Shown one piece after another: positions 61,281-64,000 of a stretch of 64,000 bases of DNA. A program made the position numbers and the translations under genes. Source of the stretch: Amphiscolops sp. MND2022. Lineage: Eukaryota. The number at the start of each line of letters is the position of its first letter. Positions within the stretch are counted from its first letter, which is position 1. Below the pieces are notes generated by a model. That model was not told the DNA's origin and did not search any database. It was given only the letters and a program-made list of their open reading frames with translations. The stretch covers positions 60,576,001 through 60,640,000 of the forward strand of contig OZ076409.1 of assembly GCA_964187785.1 (NCBI GenBank), in the 5' to 3' direction.

Positions 61281-64000
61281 CGAATTTTTTAAGCCAACGA
61301 ACTGACAGATTTCTATGAGCATTTCTGTAAGTAACTTCTCACTCTGCTACTTGGTATATTGGTTAACGCGGATTTCCTGTCCTGTCGGCGAAGTCTGAAA
61401 GTACGTGTATCCGAGTCTTTTTTCAAAAGTTTATTGAAGCGCCACCTTGTGATTTATAACAAGAACAAAACGTTTTGCAAACATCGAGGGCTAAGTTTGT
61501 TTTTTGGCACAAAGCGACTTACCAAAAATTCATCAATCTTTTTCCGTTTTTTGTTTGCATGTTTTCTGTAACAAACATTTTTTCCGAGATCCCCTTCTAA
61601 GAGTGACTTTTTCGGCACTGTGGGACTTTTTCCCGGCATTTCATGAAAAACCAAGCAGGAGCGTTCGTATGGAACGAATTTTGTTATTTAAAAAATGCTG
61701 AAATATGGAAAAATATCAAATATGAAATCAGGGAAACATTCCAAAAGTATTTGGAAACCAAATTGTTTAATCAGATTCATAACCATATAATTCTATAAAA
61801 CAAAGCTTGGTACGAATTAACATCGTTTTTTTTAGACTTGAAACTATAGTATACTAATACTGTATAGTTTACAGTATACGAATTTCAGTTCAACAATTCT
61901 TTTAGTGGTGCTTAAGAGTATTACTTTACCAAAATAAAAGTTAACGGCTTTTTGAGTTTTCATCCATGATTGTCCATTAATTTTCATAAAACTTTTGGTA
62001 AAAATCATGGGACTTCTTGAATTTCTTGGCACGATCTTGTAAAATCCTGCAAATTCGTGGATTTCTTGGTAAGAATCTTTGCAAGATTCTTAACAAATTC
62101 AGGAATATCCAAGATTCTTATAAAGAGTTTCAAGAGTTTTTACACTGGGACGCCATGATCTAAACGTGGGCTTGCAATATTTCTTCATGAATCACCGAAA
62201 AATTCATTCAATTGCGTTTTTTTTCCATATCAAACAAGAGTTAGGGGTTGTTTCAACAAATTTCAATATTCCCCCAAACATTTTGAAATCGGGCAAAATG
62301 CAAACTTCAGGACTTCGACTCATGCGTCAATATTTTCAACGTTTTCAAAGATTCAGGATGCGTGTGCAGCAAGATTTCTACGAACTCCTGGGAATTAGTT
62401 GACGTTCGAATAGAGAAAAAAATTCGAAATTCGAAAAAAGTTTATTGAAAAACATATTTCAGCACCAAACGTTTGGGCTAGCCATCAATTGGGCTCTTGA
62501 GAGCAGTCGTTTCTTAGGGCAAGCAATCAATTGTAAAACAATCATTTAACCTGGTCGTGTGCAAAAAATTTTCCTACGAAGGAGTCAGAATCCTTTTCAA
62601 TTTCTCCGGTAAGTTTGCGTATTTCCTCAAGCAATTGAACTCAGACAAACTTTCTAAGCTGCTTATTCGGCGTCCACCCCGCGGTAATGGGGAAATTAAC
62701 TTCTCTCTAAGCTAATAAATCAGGGTTGATCTTTGCTTGGGTAACGTACGACCAGATATGAAAGTTGCTCAACGCATTAAAAAGTCAATTTCATTGCGAA
62801 CAAAAATCATGTGCGTCTACATCTTTTCCGAGACACACGACTTTTTTCTGAGCTCTGAAAAAAATCTGGCTTCAATCGATTCGACTATTGAAGGACCATT
62901 TTTATATGGGAACAAGCCACAATGGGTAAATGGCTTGCTTGAAAATCACTGTTCATGGTCAACACTCCTGACTTGTCTAGCAAGTTTTCGACAAAAAATT
63001 CAGGTCCGCTGCGCCACTTGTACTAAATCTTTCCCCTATAACTTTTAATATTCATGCTTTTTTCATATGAAGAAGTAAACAAATTACGCGTACGCAAACA
63101 GCTTCTCCTGATAATGGGCTGATAATGGATTATGGTCCAGTTTGTTTAACAAAGAGCAGAACTCCTCTTTGAATTTTGTGATATTTTGTTTTGTATTGAT
63201 GTTCAGAAGAATCTTTTCAAAAATGAAGGTCGCAATCATTATAAAAAATCATACTTCAAAAAAAAAACCTGTAATGTTTCTGGGGTAGGGTGACATTTCA
63301 GCTTTAGGATACAATAACCGTTAACTTCAAAGTACAATGGTAAATCATGCAATGTATCATATCAAATAACTAACTATACATTACACGCAATTAATCACTG
63401 AACCAGTTTACAGCGGTTTCCATTTTACTAGAACTAAAGAAACTTTACTCGAACTAGAGAAACTAAAGAAACTTTTTAGCAGTCATTTTAGTTCTGAGAA
63501 GTTTGTAGGATTGACAAAACAGAAACTTTTCGTTAAATTTCAGCTCAAATTTCAAGACTTTCTTAAACTTTGAACACAAAATCAGGCAAAACTTTGGTGG
63601 GTAAATTGAAATTGGCAAAGCTGCTGTTTATTTCAGATATAAGCAATCACTTCGCCAATTTCAAAGTTCCGAGAAATACAGGTCAAAGTAAGTATGCAAA
63701 AATGAGTTTTAAAAATTTCCTACCAATTACAGGAATCCCGGTCCCTCTACTCAGTTCATATTCGTCAGTGTTGGTCATTTGTTTTTTTTTAAATCAAATA
63801 AAACAGTTTTTTATGCAATTAAACATGTTTTTTATTATTGTTTTTTTATAAATTTCCAACTTCAAACTGAGAAAAACAGATATTATTGTTTCTTAATCTT
63901 TAATTACATTAAGTGTAAATTAAAGAAAATTATTTGTTGTTCAATTGGCGATAAAAAAGTAGAGTTTAGCTGCATTTTCGTTATTCTGTTGGCATCTCAT

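Overview
AT-rich, repeat-rich eukaryotic DNA. An invertebrate animal host is inferred from the gene content; the species cannot be determined from this window. Four spliced host genes were reconstructed by hand from GT-AG boundaries and reading phase: a complete 7-exon sterol C-24 methyltransferase (SMT/ERG6-like, 6215-12372), a myosin essential light chain (23950-26929), a C-type lectin (minus strand, 27930-28997, 5' end not found) and a highly degenerate Arf-like protein (53850-59047). The dominant feature is an 18,449-bp Ty3/Gypsy LTR retroelement (33412-51860) with two 268-bp LTRs that look identical by eye. It is organised like a complex enveloped retrovirus: a small transmembrane ORF just before gag; an enlarged Gag-Pol with an RS-rich domain; a Pro/Ser/Thr-rich ORF with late-domain-like motifs; an env resembling chuvirus/herpes-gB class III fusion glycoproteins; two further accessory ORFs; and a hairpin-rich 3' UTR. 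This copy carries several frameshifts and a premature stop. The remainder is decayed Gypsy remnants, a Tc1/mariner deletion derivative, MITE-like elements, a Helentron-like (HINE/DINE-1-like) repeat family and intronic satellites. All family assignments come from motif recognition, not database searches.
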